Part shown: positions 1 to 9,684 of the stretch, one piece after another
Layout: every line of letters starts with the position of its first letter
Position numbering within the stretch: position 1 is the stretch's first letter
Source of the DNA: a virus
Virus record (IMG/VR): IMGVR_UViG_3300049846_002100
Coordinates: 24,942 to 88,941 of that record
Reading direction: 5' to 3' (one strand)
DNA length: 64,000 nucleotides
Made by a program: the position numbers and the translations under genes
The notes under the pieces: generated by a model
Databases searched by the model: none
Told to the model about the DNA's origin: nothing
What the model saw: only the letters and a program-made list of their open reading frames with translations

Positions 1-1558
1 TGTCATAGTAGATGTAGATCGACCCGATGAGGGACATCAGGCTGTGGTTCTCGGTCCTGTTGTCGAGGAACTCCTTCATCCACAAGGCTCCGTTGCTTTT
101 GTAGAGAAGGTAGAGCGACATGAGGTTCTGGAAGCTCAGGGAACCCGCCCTCGCGGTTCTCGTGAGGCCAGGTCCGGTGGCGTTGAACGCATCCATCGCG
201 AAGAACGCGGCAACCTTCCCGGACCCCTCGATGCGCTCCTGACCGTCACCCCAGTGCTCGACGATGGGGCCGTTTCGGCCGTAATTTCCATCCGAAACGA
301 TCTTCTCGGCGCTCATACTAAAGCTCTCCGGGTTCACGAGCAGTCGTAGAGGGGGCATCTTCGCCATCTGCTCGATGGCTGCCTGTAGTGCCTTGCGGAC
401 GGACTCTTGCGCGGCCTGAAAGCGTTGCCCAAGAGTTGGCACTTTGAGACTCGTGCCCGCTTGCTTGTTGATGTCCTTGGCCGCGCCCTTGGCGTCTTTT
501 GAGCCATCCTTAGCCCAAGCCTTAGAACCCTGGCCTTCAGCGACGTTCTGCCGGTCTGTGCTCGTCGATCGAGCGCCCAGACGTCGAGCGTTCTGCGCTT
601 TGGTTATCTCGGCTGCAAAGGGGCTCCCCGCCTTCGTGGTCCAAGCTTCAACATCTTCCCGGGAGATCGCACCATCCCCGTCCCCGTACTTGGTATCGAC
701 GATATTATTCGCCTGGTATGCCAAGTCTTGCTTACCGCCAACACCACCGTCTCTGAACGCGCCATAACCCCCGTGGCTTGCTTGGTAGGCAGCGCTGGCG
801 TACAAAACCCCTCCGGGATTGGTTCTGGCGTAAGCGTCCCCCAAGTTGCGGGCGGCTAGCTGTGCAGCAGACATACCTCTTACACCGTTGCTCTTAAAGT
901 ATTTCTCTGCCCAGAAGAGCTGTCGTTCGGCTGATAGTTTGCCGAACCGCTCATACTCTTCGGGCGGGATCCCAAGTTTCTTCGCCGTGTCCGGGGCAAT
1001 CTGGTTCAGCCCTTTGGCCGTGACCTTACCGTTTCGAACGGCAACGGCGCTTGTATTGAATCCGCTCTCGTTACGCATGACCACGGCCATGGCACCGGGA
1101 TCAACCTTGAGCCGATCGCACATAGCCGTGAAGTCGACCCAAAACTGGTCCCCCAGCTTAGCCCCTCGGCCATGGTAGCTTCCGTTTTTCAATCCACCGG
1201 GGCCTTCGGGGATAGTCGGGGTCTCTGCGTCCGGAGACACGAACTCGTCGACGGGAGACGTGGCCTTACCAGCTCTAGCCGGGCCATCTACCGGAAACGA
1301 CCCAGACTGCGCAGCCACCGATGCCGAACGGTCCAACTTCTTGTCGGACAGGTTCACCGCCGGTGGCAACAACCCGATGACGAAGAGTTTCGGGTTCCGC
1401 CCCGTACGCTCAACGGGTGAGATCGGAACGAACTCCGCGGCAACCTCATCGTCCGTTGTGGACAGACGGTCGTACTTCGTCAGGGCGTCATAGACGCCCG
1501 GCGCGTGGTAGTCGGCCGTGTCGATGATCTGCCTGAAGATGTTGGTGCTGTCCGCCAT
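1..1558 (-). CDS. Tail-associated lytic transglycosylase fused to a tube/hub-like C-terminal domain (runs off the window; not in the ORF track)
   Basis: Manual translation from ATG 1558 (TGATG overlap with the upstream gene) is open to position 1. It contains the SLT-like motif MRNESGFNTSA...AKGLNQI. The C-terminal LLVNPESF...EHWGD...IEGSG resembles the neighbouring 1558-2271 protein. Confidence 0.75.
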   Translation of the reverse strand, partial: MADSTNIFRQIIDTADYHAPGVYDALTKYDRLSTTDDEVAAEFVPISPVERTGRNPKLFVIGLLPPAVNLSDKKLDRSASVAAQSGSFPVDGPARAGKATSPVDEFVSPDAETPTIPEGPGGLKNGSYHGRGAKLGDQFWVDFTAMCDRLKVDPGAMAVVMRNESGFNTSAVAVRNGKVTAKGLNQIAPDTAKKLGIPPEEYERFGKLSAERQLFWAEKYFKSNGVRGMSAAQLAARNLGDAYARTNPGGVLYASAAYQASHGGYGAFRDGGVGGKQDLAYQANNIVDTKYGDGDGAISREDVEAWTTKAGSPFAAEITKAQNARRLGARSTSTDRQNVAEGQGSKAWAKDGSKDAKGAAKDINKQAGTSLKVPTLGQRFQAAQESVRKALQAAIEQMAKMPPLRLLVNPESFSMSAEKIVSDGNYGRNGPIVEHWGDGQERIEGSGKVAAFFAMDAFNATGPGLTRTARAGSLSFQNLMSLYLLYKSNGALWMKEFLDNRTENHSLMSLIGSIYIYYD

Positions 1559-2271
1559 CAGATGATCCTTGCAGCTAGCTGAGCGTTCGAAAGCTCAATC
1601 ACCTCTTGAGTGGTCGGCGCGGTGGGGGTGGTCGTTCTCGTGTAGTTTGTGCTCTGGAATTGCGGCCCGGTACGGGAAGCGCTTTCCACCGACGGTAGGC
1701 GAAGAATCGTCTCCTGAACCTTGAAGGACCAGGAGAGGTTGAAGGTAAAGGGAGAGTCCGCCGTCTCCTCCACCTGGAACGTCCGGAAGAACCCCAAATA
1801 CGTACCACGATCGAACATGAGCATGATCTGTCCCTGAAGGACGATACGCCCCGAAGGATCTCGCACGCTACCGTTGTTGTAGTAGAGGTCGTGGAAGTCT
1901 CGGTACCGATCCCATGCGATCGTGCGCTGCCTGAGGATCGCCGAGGTGCCGGTCATGGTGTGCATGAAAGCGCCAGTCGAACCCTGCGCGCTGATCTCAT
2001 CGAGGTCGTCACCCCAATGCTGCTCAACCCAACCCCCCATCGTCTGGATGCGCTCGACCTTCTTGTTGAAGGTCTGCGTGAGGTTGCTCGGGTTGACGTG
2101 CAACACAAGAGCCGTGGGCAGAAGAGCCACGTGGCGGGTCACGGGGCTGGTGACCTGGAAGGCCATCGGAATGAACGACTGCCTGGACTCCATGCCGTGC
2201 CGGTACACGGGGCTCCGTGTGGGGCCCGCGTTCGGCGTGAAGTCAGGGTTCGCTGAAGGGATCCGCGGCAT
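1558..2271 (-). CDS. Putative baseplate hub / tail-tube initiator-like protein
   Basis: Directly downstream of the tape measure gene. The LHVNPSNL...EQHWGDDLDEISAQG...FNLSWSFKV pattern is typical of tube-fold baseplate proteins. Confidence 0.55.
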   Translation of the reverse strand: MPRIPSANPDFTPNAGPTRSPVYRHGMESRQSFIPMAFQVTSPVTRHVALLPTALVLHVNPSNLTQTFNKKVERIQTMGGWVEQHWGDDLDEISAQGSTGAFMHTMTGTSAILRQRTIAWDRYRDFHDLYYNNGSVRDPSGRIVLQGQIMLMFDRGTYLGFFRTFQVEETADSPFTFNLSWSFKVQETILRLPSVESASRTGPQFQSTNYTRTTTPTAPTTQEVIELSNAQLAARII

Positions 2272-2282
2272 GGGTCAACTCC

Positions 2283-5200
2283 TCAGTGGAACTTCTCGCG
2301 ACGCTTGTACTCGTAGATCCCTTCGTTGACCTTGTTCTCCAGGTGCCGAGCGAGATCCTGGCCGCCGATGCCGTTGACATTGAGCGTGATGTTCACGGAA
2401 CCACCGCCCTGTGTGGCGCCTCCTCGCGGAACAATCGTCTCGCCAGGTGCGACGGACGCGAAAAACTCGCCAGACGGGGGCCTTGCAACAACCCCCCCTT
2501 CCGCATTCGCAGGGGGCACCATGACCGTGCCCGTCGCCGTCGAGTTTTGAACAACTTGCTTCCCGAAATTTGTCGCGTTGAAAGTGCCCGCTTTGAGGCC
2601 CGCAGCGACCGATCCACGGTCCAACCCCGAGTACATGTAGTATTCGAACAGCGCCGTCCGTAGCGCATCGAGCGTGCCGTTCTCGATTGCGGGTTGGAAC
2701 GTGTTCTTGACGTTGCCCTTGTCGAAGCCGAGCTTCTTCTGCCCGTCCGCAACGCTCTCAATCGCCGTCGTCGTCTGTGCTTGCTGCTCGACCGTCGCCG
2801 GCTTCTCCTTCGACGGAGGAGGGGCGATAGCAGCACTAGGTGTGGCGGCTGTTGCTCCGGAGGCAGCCGCTCCCGGGGCAACCCCCTGAAAAGTATGTGC
2901 AAGCTGGTCGTCACTCAAAGTTAGGCGGATCTTGTCGATGATTTTGGCCACATCCTCCTCACTGAACCCGGCGGCTGTACCAGCGGCTTCAATATCTCTG
3001 CCTTGAGATAGATGCCAGGCCATACTTTTCATCTTACGCTGATCGTAATCGTCGTTATTGACCTCCGCCATCCTGATGGCCTCTTGAAGACGCTGTCTCT
3101 TCAAAGAGTTACTATTACCTGCGCCGCCGAGGTTGGCCGAGATGGATCCAACCACCTTGTTGTAGGCGTTCACCAACGCTTCGCGCTCTTCTACCAAAGA
3201 ACGACTTTCAGACTCTACAGCGTTAGCCTCATCAGTTTTACCCTGTTTCCGCAGCTCTTCTGCTTTCAGGCCCAACTCCTTACTACGCGCTTCTAACTCT
3301 TTTGCTTTACCAGGATTTTGGTAAATCACAGCTTCCTGTGCCTTGAACGTGCCTGTCCTGTACGCCTTCCGCTTGAAGTCCTCTTGGTCTGCGGAGGACT
3401 TGAATGCCTCCATCAGCTCCTTGTTCTTTGTCCTAGCGACGGTCATCTCCGTTCGCTTCCGGTCGTTGGCGCCACCGGGTAGAAGGTTGGAGATCGTGTC
3501 CCAAATCCCCATGAACACGTCGTAAGCTTGGTTCAGAAGGAAGTCTATGATGATCTGGAGCTTTTCGGAGACACTCTGAGTTAGCTCCGCTTGCGTCTTC
3601 GCGTAATTGGTCACCTGTTGAGCCGCGTCGAGATCCTTCTTGGCGTCCGCGCTCATTGAGCGAATGATCTCCTGACTTCCCATCTCGTCGATCTTCTTCA
3701 ACTCTTCGATGCCCTTACCTTCATCAGTCGCCTGCTTCTTCATGAGCTTGCGCTGCTTATCGACGGCTTTCTCGACCTTGATCATGGCGTCGAGCCTCTC
3801 CTGAGAGAGGCCGAGCTGCTCCGCCATCATCTCCATGCCGATCGACCCTGCACCTTCGGAGAGATTCTTCCCACCTCCGAACTTGGCGAGCGCGGCAGTG
3901 TAGAGATCAAGGACGGCACCGGGACCAGCGTTCCCCAACGCCGTGGCCTTACCGAAAGTGCCTTTACCGGCTCTCTGTTTGTCGATACCATACTGCGTGA
4001 TGGCCTCTTGGAGATCGCCTCCGATGTTTGCCTTGCCGAGGTGCTTCTCCAGCGCCTCACCACCCTGATCAATGGCCGATGCAATATCGTCGATTGAACC
4101 AGTGGCGCCCGCTGCCTTCAGCTTCTCGGCGAGGTCTTCACGCCGGTTCTTCATCTCACGGTTGAGGATGCCCGTGACCTTCTTGTCTCCCGCGAGGAGC
4201 GACAATTTGAGCTTCTCGGTCCGCCCCATGTTCTTCAACCCTTGAGCGGTCTCCTGCATGAACTTTTGCGCGTTACGGGGGCTCATCGCCTTACCCACGA
4301 GCTTCAGGAGTTGAACCGAGTCCTCCAGTCGGTTGTTGTACAAGGAGAGGTCGGTCGAGATACTCCGGATCATCTGGAAGAACTTGTTCTGCGCGATCCC
4401 GGAGTCGCTGGCGGCTTGACTGATCTGCGCGAACGATCCAGCGATGTCCTTTGCCTTCGTGCCAAGCTCGGTCATCATCTCGCCTTGGAATTGGGCGATT
4501 TCAGTCAGGCTGACGCCAAAGTTACGTGAGAATGCGACGGCCACGTGAACCATGTCCGCGGAGAATCTGCCAACCTCCTTTCGGGAGGCTTCGGCTTCAT
4601 CACGAATACGTCCGAGAGATACACCCTCCTGATTGAGCACACCCAAGAGGGCAAGGTGGTCCTTCGAAGTCGTACCCCATTCGAGGTTCGACTTCGCATC
4701 GAAGGCGGCACCTCGAATACTTTTCACGGTCGCGTGTAGATCCTCAAACGCTATGTCGGCTCGGCCGCCAGCGGTCGCCAGAAACTCTCCCGTGCTGGCA
4801 GTAGAGAGAAGCTCTTTCTGGAACTCCTTCGCCGCTGCGTCCGCGTCGATGAACAGTTTCACGATCGCCATGACCGCGCCGGCTGTCATCGACAGCGCAG
4901 GACCCAACTTCGTCAGCGTGCCGGCGATTCCAGTCATCGCTGAGACTGCACCGCCCATCTGAGCCATCTTGCCGACAGCGCCCTTACCAAGACCCCCGAG
5001 GGCTCCGCCAATGCCCCTAGCCATACCGCCGAAGCTCTTGCTACCTAGGCCTGACATCGCGTCAGATAGGGAGGCACCGACCTCCTTGGTCATCTTGCGC
5101 CGATCGAATCCGACGAAGCCCTTGAAGGCGCTCTCCATCTCGTCGCGGTATTCCTTGGCGTTCGCTTCGATCGCTTCGTGAAAGGCCGCGCCAAAGTCGA

Positions 5201-5585
5201 GACCTTTCTGATTCTCGCGGATTTCCTTGATCAGCGAGAGCCTGTCCTCAAGCCCTTGAATCGATTTCTTGATGCCGACCTTTTCCTCGGCACTCGCTCG
5301 GCTAAGCTCGATTCGCGTATCGTGTAGCTGCTGATGCAAGTCCTCTTGCTTCTTGGTCAGAACGATGAGCTGCTTCTGGCTCAGCATCAACCCTTTCGAG
5401 TATTCGACACCAAACGATTCAGCAGTATCTTCCAACCCCTTTAAGAGATCGTTCGCACCCTCTGCGGCATCACCAATGCGACCGAGCCCCCGTTTGAAGG
5501 AAGCCTCCATCGCTTCGATGGTCCTCTTCGCCCGTCGGCCATCGATGTCGAGACTGAATTGGAGCTTGGTGATGTCGGTCGGCAT
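2283..5585 (-). CDS. Tail tape measure protein
   Basis: 1100 aa, helical and A/G/K-rich, with Gly-rich hydrophobic segments. Its position after tube and chaperones and the C-terminal AEGGVV...VAPGETIVP motif fit a tape measure protein. Confidence 0.85.
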   Translation of the reverse strand: MPTDITKLQFSLDIDGRRAKRTIEAMEASFKRGLGRIGDAAEGANDLLKGLEDTAESFGVEYSKGLMLSQKQLIVLTKKQEDLHQQLHDTRIELSRASAEEKVGIKKSIQGLEDRLSLIKEIRENQKGLDFGAAFHEAIEANAKEYRDEMESAFKGFVGFDRRKMTKEVGASLSDAMSGLGSKSFGGMARGIGGALGGLGKGAVGKMAQMGGAVSAMTGIAGTLTKLGPALSMTAGAVMAIVKLFIDADAAAKEFQKELLSTASTGEFLATAGGRADIAFEDLHATVKSIRGAAFDAKSNLEWGTTSKDHLALLGVLNQEGVSLGRIRDEAEASRKEVGRFSADMVHVAVAFSRNFGVSLTEIAQFQGEMMTELGTKAKDIAGSFAQISQAASDSGIAQNKFFQMIRSISTDLSLYNNRLEDSVQLLKLVGKAMSPRNAQKFMQETAQGLKNMGRTEKLKLSLLAGDKKVTGILNREMKNRREDLAEKLKAAGATGSIDDIASAIDQGGEALEKHLGKANIGGDLQEAITQYGIDKQRAGKGTFGKATALGNAGPGAVLDLYTAALAKFGGGKNLSEGAGSIGMEMMAEQLGLSQERLDAMIKVEKAVDKQRKLMKKQATDEGKGIEELKKIDEMGSQEIIRSMSADAKKDLDAAQQVTNYAKTQAELTQSVSEKLQIIIDFLLNQAYDVFMGIWDTISNLLPGGANDRKRTEMTVARTKNKELMEAFKSSADQEDFKRKAYRTGTFKAQEAVIYQNPGKAKELEARSKELGLKAEELRKQGKTDEANAVESESRSLVEEREALVNAYNKVVGSISANLGGAGNSNSLKRQRLQEAIRMAEVNNDDYDQRKMKSMAWHLSQGRDIEAAGTAAGFSEEDVAKIIDKIRLTLSDDQLAHTFQGVAPGAAASGATAATPSAAIAPPPSKEKPATVEQQAQTTTAIESVADGQKKLGFDKGNVKNTFQPAIENGTLDALRTALFEYYMYSGLDRGSVAAGLKAGTFNATNFGKQVVQNSTATGTVMVPPANAEGGVVARPPSGEFFASVAPGETIVPRGGATQGGGSVNITLNVNGIGGQDLARHLENKVNEGIYEYKRREKFH

Positions 5586-5591
5586 GGTCTC

Positions 5592-6872
5592 TTACTTCCG
5601 TCGGCTGAAAGGAACCGTAGGGGCTGGCCGTTGGCCGCCGGCCGGGATCACGGGGGTACGTTCGGGTGCGGGAGGGGGCGAGTCGCCGTACCACTTTTCT
5701 CGGTGTTGTTGCCCCTTCTCGTCGAGCATTTGGGGATGGACCATGATCCGAGCGGCGTTCTGTGCCTCCACGGTCCGTCGGCGCTCGATACGATCTCGGA
5801 GCTGATCCGGGGTCAGACCAGTGATGTCACTCCCACCCGTGAGCGGTGCGTCTCCGTACCGGGCAACGTATTGAGCCGCGATCCGCTCGCTCTCCTGCCT
5901 CTCCTCTTCACGACGCTGCCGAATCTGTTGCTCGTAGCGGTCGACGATAACGTCGTGCCAATCCTTCTCGCCCTTGAGATCCCTCTCTAGCTGCTCTGCC
6001 AGCTCATCTTCGGTGTGCGCGACAACCATGGGCACGCCGTACTTCGACTTCTGCTCTTTCAAGGGTTGGCCGAGGAGCACGTGATTCAGAAGAGCATCCT
6101 TCCGAGCAAACCGTGCATCCCGGTCTTTGCGACGGCGCGCTTCGTCTTGGCGGTAGACCTTCGAGATCCCCTTGCCAGCCATGCAGGAGCCCACGAACTT
6201 GGCGTGCTCCCACGCACGGTCGTAATCCTCCTTCTTGTCCTCGTAGTAGTTGATCGCACGCCAGATGAGCTGCCCCCAGTTCATCCCAAGGTGCTCCGTC
6301 CCCGGGACACCCGTGAGCGTCGTTTGGGTCAGATCCAAACCCCTGATTTGGGCCCATCTGAACCGGGACTGATCCTCCATTGCGTAGGCTTCAGCAAGGC
6401 GCACCGCGTTGCTGGCTCGGCGATTGATCTCCGACAGGTGCCGGATGATCCGCGCCCTCATCTGCGGGGGGAACTCTGCGAACGCCTTCGCCACCTCGGG
6501 GACATAGCGCCCTCGATCGACGAGTACGTTCATCCCATCGACCATGAAAACCCCGTACGCGATGAACGTGTTCCAGAACCGACTTGTCGGCTGCGGACGC
6601 GCACCACTACCGGCCACGAATTCCAAGAGGCTGAACTCATGATGGTTCAAGCTCTTGAACACGAACCTGGTGTCGTTGATGTCCGCCGTGACCGTAAGGA
6701 ACCCTCGAAAGAGAAGGTTCTCCGTATCCCGGTAGACAGCCGGATCGACTTCTGGGGCACGGAAGGACGGCCTGATGACCCCCTCTTCAGTACTCTCTTC
6801 CTCGGGCTCTCCGAGCGCTTCGTTCTGCGCTCGGAGAGCCGCTTGCTGTTCCTCGTACGACGGGATGGCCAT
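5592..6872 (-). CDS. Putative tail assembly chaperone
   Basis: 426 aa ORF between the tube and tape measure genes; FVFKSLNHHE pattern. Function inferred from synteny. Confidence 0.5.
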   Translation of the reverse strand: MAIPSYEEQQAALRAQNEALGEPEEESTEEGVIRPSFRAPEVDPAVYRDTENLLFRGFLTVTADINDTRFVFKSLNHHEFSLLEFVAGSGARPQPTSRFWNTFIAYGVFMVDGMNVLVDRGRYVPEVAKAFAEFPPQMRARIIRHLSEINRRASNAVRLAEAYAMEDQSRFRWAQIRGLDLTQTTLTGVPGTEHLGMNWGQLIWRAINYYEDKKEDYDRAWEHAKFVGSCMAGKGISKVYRQDEARRRKDRDARFARKDALLNHVLLGQPLKEQKSKYGVPMVVAHTEDELAEQLERDLKGEKDWHDVIVDRYEQQIRQRREEERQESERIAAQYVARYGDAPLTGGSDITGLTPDQLRDRIERRRTVEAQNAARIMVHPQMLDEKGQQHREKWYGDSPPPAPERTPVIPAGGQRPAPTVPFSRRK

Positions 6873-6878
6873 TGGACA

Positions 6879-8132
6879 TCACGGCAATCGCGTAGGCGGT
6901 CTGTAGTACGGGTTCATCCCAACCTTCGGGGGCTGGTCGATGATCTTTCGAACCTCGTCCACGTTGACTCGTTCCGCACCACTGCCAGAGATGACGGGTA
7001 CTTCAGCAGGGGCCGGCCGAGCCGCTTGCGTAGACCCCTCTAGGAGAGCCGCTGTTAGCGATGGGTCGACGCCCATCTCCATCGCTGCGTAGACTGCGCC
7101 CCGGCCGGTCTGTGGGACCGGCCCGTAGCCCGTAGGGGGCGGAGGCACGGGTGTGCCAGGCATCACTTGCCCGGGCATCACATGCACGGGGACGCCCGGT
7201 GGCATGTTTGGGCTCGCAATCGGGTATACCGGCGTGACTTGCTGTACCGGCTGCGGTGTGTACACCACCGGGGCCGGTAGAGGGACAGGCACGGGCTGCG
7301 GTTGAGCGTACTGCGGTGGCGTCGGAGGCGCGGGGGGCGGCGCATGGTAGACGGCTTGCGGGTGCTCGACCGGCTGAGGCACCGGAGCCGTTGCTGCGGC
7401 CGTCTGGTTCATGGGGACGCGCTCCCGCATCATCCGAGCCAGGTCGTATCCTTGGTTCGGCTGAACGGCAGCCTCGGAGGGCATACTCTGCGACTGAGTG
7501 CCTTGGGGCGGAGCACCCTCCGGCGGAGCACCTTCCGGGGCATCCCTACGATCGAGCGTCACCGACAGCTTGTGGTTGTAGCCGAACTCGGCGAGGGTGG
7601 TCTCGACAAGGGCGGGGGGAATCTCATCCTCCAACTCCCGGATCTCACCGAGAAGCCTTCGGAGCTTGTCCGCTGGGGCTTCCTCGGCCGTGGTGAAGGT
7701 GACTTTGTCTTTGGCCTGCTTTTCAGCGGCGCTGACTACGTCACCAAATTTTCGGTACGCGACGAAGATGGCTTCCTTCGACCATGAGTCGAGAACGTTT
7801 TTCCGTAGGAAGGCGTGAAGCTCTAGCTTCACCTTCCTCATCGACCCCTGATTCTTGGGGTCGGGTTGCTCGTCTTCGACGTACTGAGTGTCCCGGAGGT
7901 CACACCCATTCAACTCCACGATGGAGCGAGCGATGTGCGCCTTTTGAAAGGCGTTGAGGTATTCGAGGTTCTCTAGCTCGCGAAGCTCGTTGAGGACCGC
8001 CTCGTATTCGTCAGGCCGGAGATTGCGAAGGACGATGTCACAATCTCCGATCTGAAACCGCTCTTCGACGAGGCCAATGCTCTTTGCACGCGTGAGTGCT
8101 TCTCGAAGCGCCTTCGATGAAATAGTACCCAT
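6879..8132 (-). CDS. Putative tail assembly chaperone with a Pro/Gln-rich C-terminal half
   Basis: 417 aa; IVLRNLRPDE...LARSIVELNG-like N-domain and a low-complexity P/Q/V tail. Function inferred from synteny. Confidence 0.5.
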   Translation of the reverse strand: MGTISSKALREALTRAKSIGLVEERFQIGDCDIVLRNLRPDEYEAVLNELRELENLEYLNAFQKAHIARSIVELNGCDLRDTQYVEDEQPDPKNQGSMRKVKLELHAFLRKNVLDSWSKEAIFVAYRKFGDVVSAAEKQAKDKVTFTTAEEAPADKLRRLLGEIRELEDEIPPALVETTLAEFGYNHKLSVTLDRRDAPEGAPPEGAPPQGTQSQSMPSEAAVQPNQGYDLARMMRERVPMNQTAAATAPVPQPVEHPQAVYHAPPPAPPTPPQYAQPQPVPVPLPAPVVYTPQPVQQVTPVYPIASPNMPPGVPVHVMPGQVMPGTPVPPPPTGYGPVPQTGRGAVYAAMEMGVDPSLTAALLEGSTQAARPAPAEVPVISGSGAERVNVDEVRKIIDQPPKVGMNPYYRPPTRLP

Positions 8133-8267
8133 TTGATTCCGTCTCCATCTGATGTTAGACGGGAGGCGCGACGAGAGATGGGCCTACGGATGCTCTCCTC
8201 GTTGTTCCGAGGTCTCCTGCTGATCCGATCCCATTTCTTCTCTCGGACGCGCCTACCGTCAGTCGTC

Positions 8268-8978
8268 TTAGCCGCCGACGAGGCCGGTGTTGAGCGCCGC
8301 CGTACCACCGCCGAAGCGGATCGAGTACGTCTGGCCAGCGGAGCCACCGATGGGTGCGAGACCGGAGTCGATAAACTCGCCGTACTGCGACGTGCCATCG
8401 ATGACATCAGTCACGACACACTGAGAGGTCTCCGCAACCATCGCCGAGTCCGACGCGTAGCTAACGGAGTAACTCGTGAACCAGCATCCCTCGTAGAACG
8501 TGAAGAGAGCCTTCACCGTCGTGATCGGGGAGCCAGGACCCTGTTGGACCGTGGCGTTCTTCGCACCCGGACCGTTGAGCCCCTCCTCACGCGAGGAGAT
8601 TTCGCTCATGACGATCTCCTGTTTGATGTCGAAGGGCCAACGGTGGTGGCGGAGCGAACGGACGAGGCCGTCGATGCCCCCCTTGTACCCTAGAACCTGA
8701 AACAGGTTCGCATGGTACAGAAGCGTCTTGTTGAGCGTGACCTGCATTGGCTCGGTCACACCCGGGACCAGCTCGGCGATCATGTCGCCATAACCAATCC
8801 CTCGGACCGGCTGGACATCACGGCTCTCGTCGTGCGAGAACTCCGAGATCGCTCCGATCTGCTGGATGGCAGCCGAACCCACGGCATAGCCAAACAATTT
8901 GTTCTTCTGCGACACCACCGCACGTGTATTGGGGGCGGTGCCCATTCGGTAGATGTATGTGCTGTTGGTGACAGGCAT
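8268..8978 (-). CDS. Tail tube protein (contractile-tail type)
   Basis: IGAISEFSHDESRDVQPVRGIG...ELVPG...PFDIKQE...YEGCWFTSYSVSY is a tube-like beta-rich pattern; upstream of chaperones and tape measure. Confidence 0.7.
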   Translation of the reverse strand: MPVTNSTYIYRMGTAPNTRAVVSQKNKLFGYAVGSAAIQQIGAISEFSHDESRDVQPVRGIGYGDMIAELVPGVTEPMQVTLNKTLLYHANLFQVLGYKGGIDGLVRSLRHHRWPFDIKQEIVMSEISSREEGLNGPGAKNATVQQGPGSPITTVKALFTFYEGCWFTSYSVSYASDSAMVAETSQCVVTDVIDGTSQYGEFIDSGLAPIGGSAGQTYSIRFGGGTAALNTGLVGG

Positions 8979-9675
8979 GGCTTTCCCTCACGACGTTGAG
9001 CGGAGCATCACGAAGAGCGCGGTTGTTCTTCCACGAGTTACAAGAGCGGCATGCAGGAACGATGTTGTCGGCCGTGTGCTCCCCGCCCCGCGAGATAGGT
9101 TGCACATGATCCATCGTCAGCTTGCGAACCTGAAGGCAGTAGGCGCACCGATGACCAAACACTTCGATGATTGAAAGCCACTCCTCGAACTTGAAGTCAG
9201 AGGCCGTGTAGCGTGCACGGCGCTCAGAGTAGAGCTTCCGAAGCGTATCTTGATTCTCCACGTACCAGCGCTTGTAGTACGCGCGCATCTTCTCAGGGTG
9301 CGCTTGCATCCAAGCTTTGGTCCATGCGCGAGCCTTCGCTTTGTTGCCCTGACTCTTGTCCAACCATCGCTGAACGTACTCTGCACTCTTATGAGGATTC
9401 GCAGAACGCCACCTACGGCACGATGCGCTGTGCTTGTCCTTGTTGTTGTGGTAGTACGCTTTCGATCGCTCCCGTTGAGCCGGAAGCTCTTTCGCCCTCT
9501 GTAGAGCCAGCTTCTCCGGGTTTGCGTCACGCCAGCGTGCAACGCGATCGACGGCCGCCTTCCGCTTACAGGCGTCACAGGACTTGCGGCGAGGGCTCGA
9601 CCCGACGGGCAGACCGCTACCGCAGGACGAACACGTCCTCGGGAGAATGGTTGCGGTGTCGAGCCCGGAGAGCAT
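8818..9675 (-). CDS. Free-standing HNH homing endonuclease
   Basis: CAYC...TMDHVQPISRGGEHTADNIVPACRSCNSWK HNH motif, N-terminal CxxC/CxxC and W-R helical repeats. The 3' end overlaps the tube gene. Confidence 0.85.
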   Translation of the reverse strand: MLSGLDTATILPRTCSSCGSGLPVGSSPRRKSCDACKRKAAVDRVARWRDANPEKLALQRAKELPAQRERSKAYYHNNKDKHSASCRRWRSANPHKSAEYVQRWLDKSQGNKAKARAWTKAWMQAHPEKMRAYYKRWYVENQDTLRKLYSERRARYTASDFKFEEWLSIIEVFGHRCAYCLQVRKLTMDHVQPISRGGEHTADNIVPACRSCNSWKNNRALRDAPLNVVRESHACHQQHIHLPNGHRPQYTCGGVAEEQIVWLCRGFGCHPADRSDLGVLARREP

Positions 9676-9684
9676 GGTCAGTCC

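Noticed and set aside
1-2271. Bacterial contractile injection system (eCIS/tailocin) rather than phage
   Set aside because: The tail genes share the window with a full phage-type replication block, homing endonucleases and lysins, and there is no run of host housekeeping operons.
5592-8132. Programmed frameshift between the tail chaperone genes
   Set aside because: The ORFs are separated by 6 nt, each has its own ATG, and I found no slippery heptamer at the junction.
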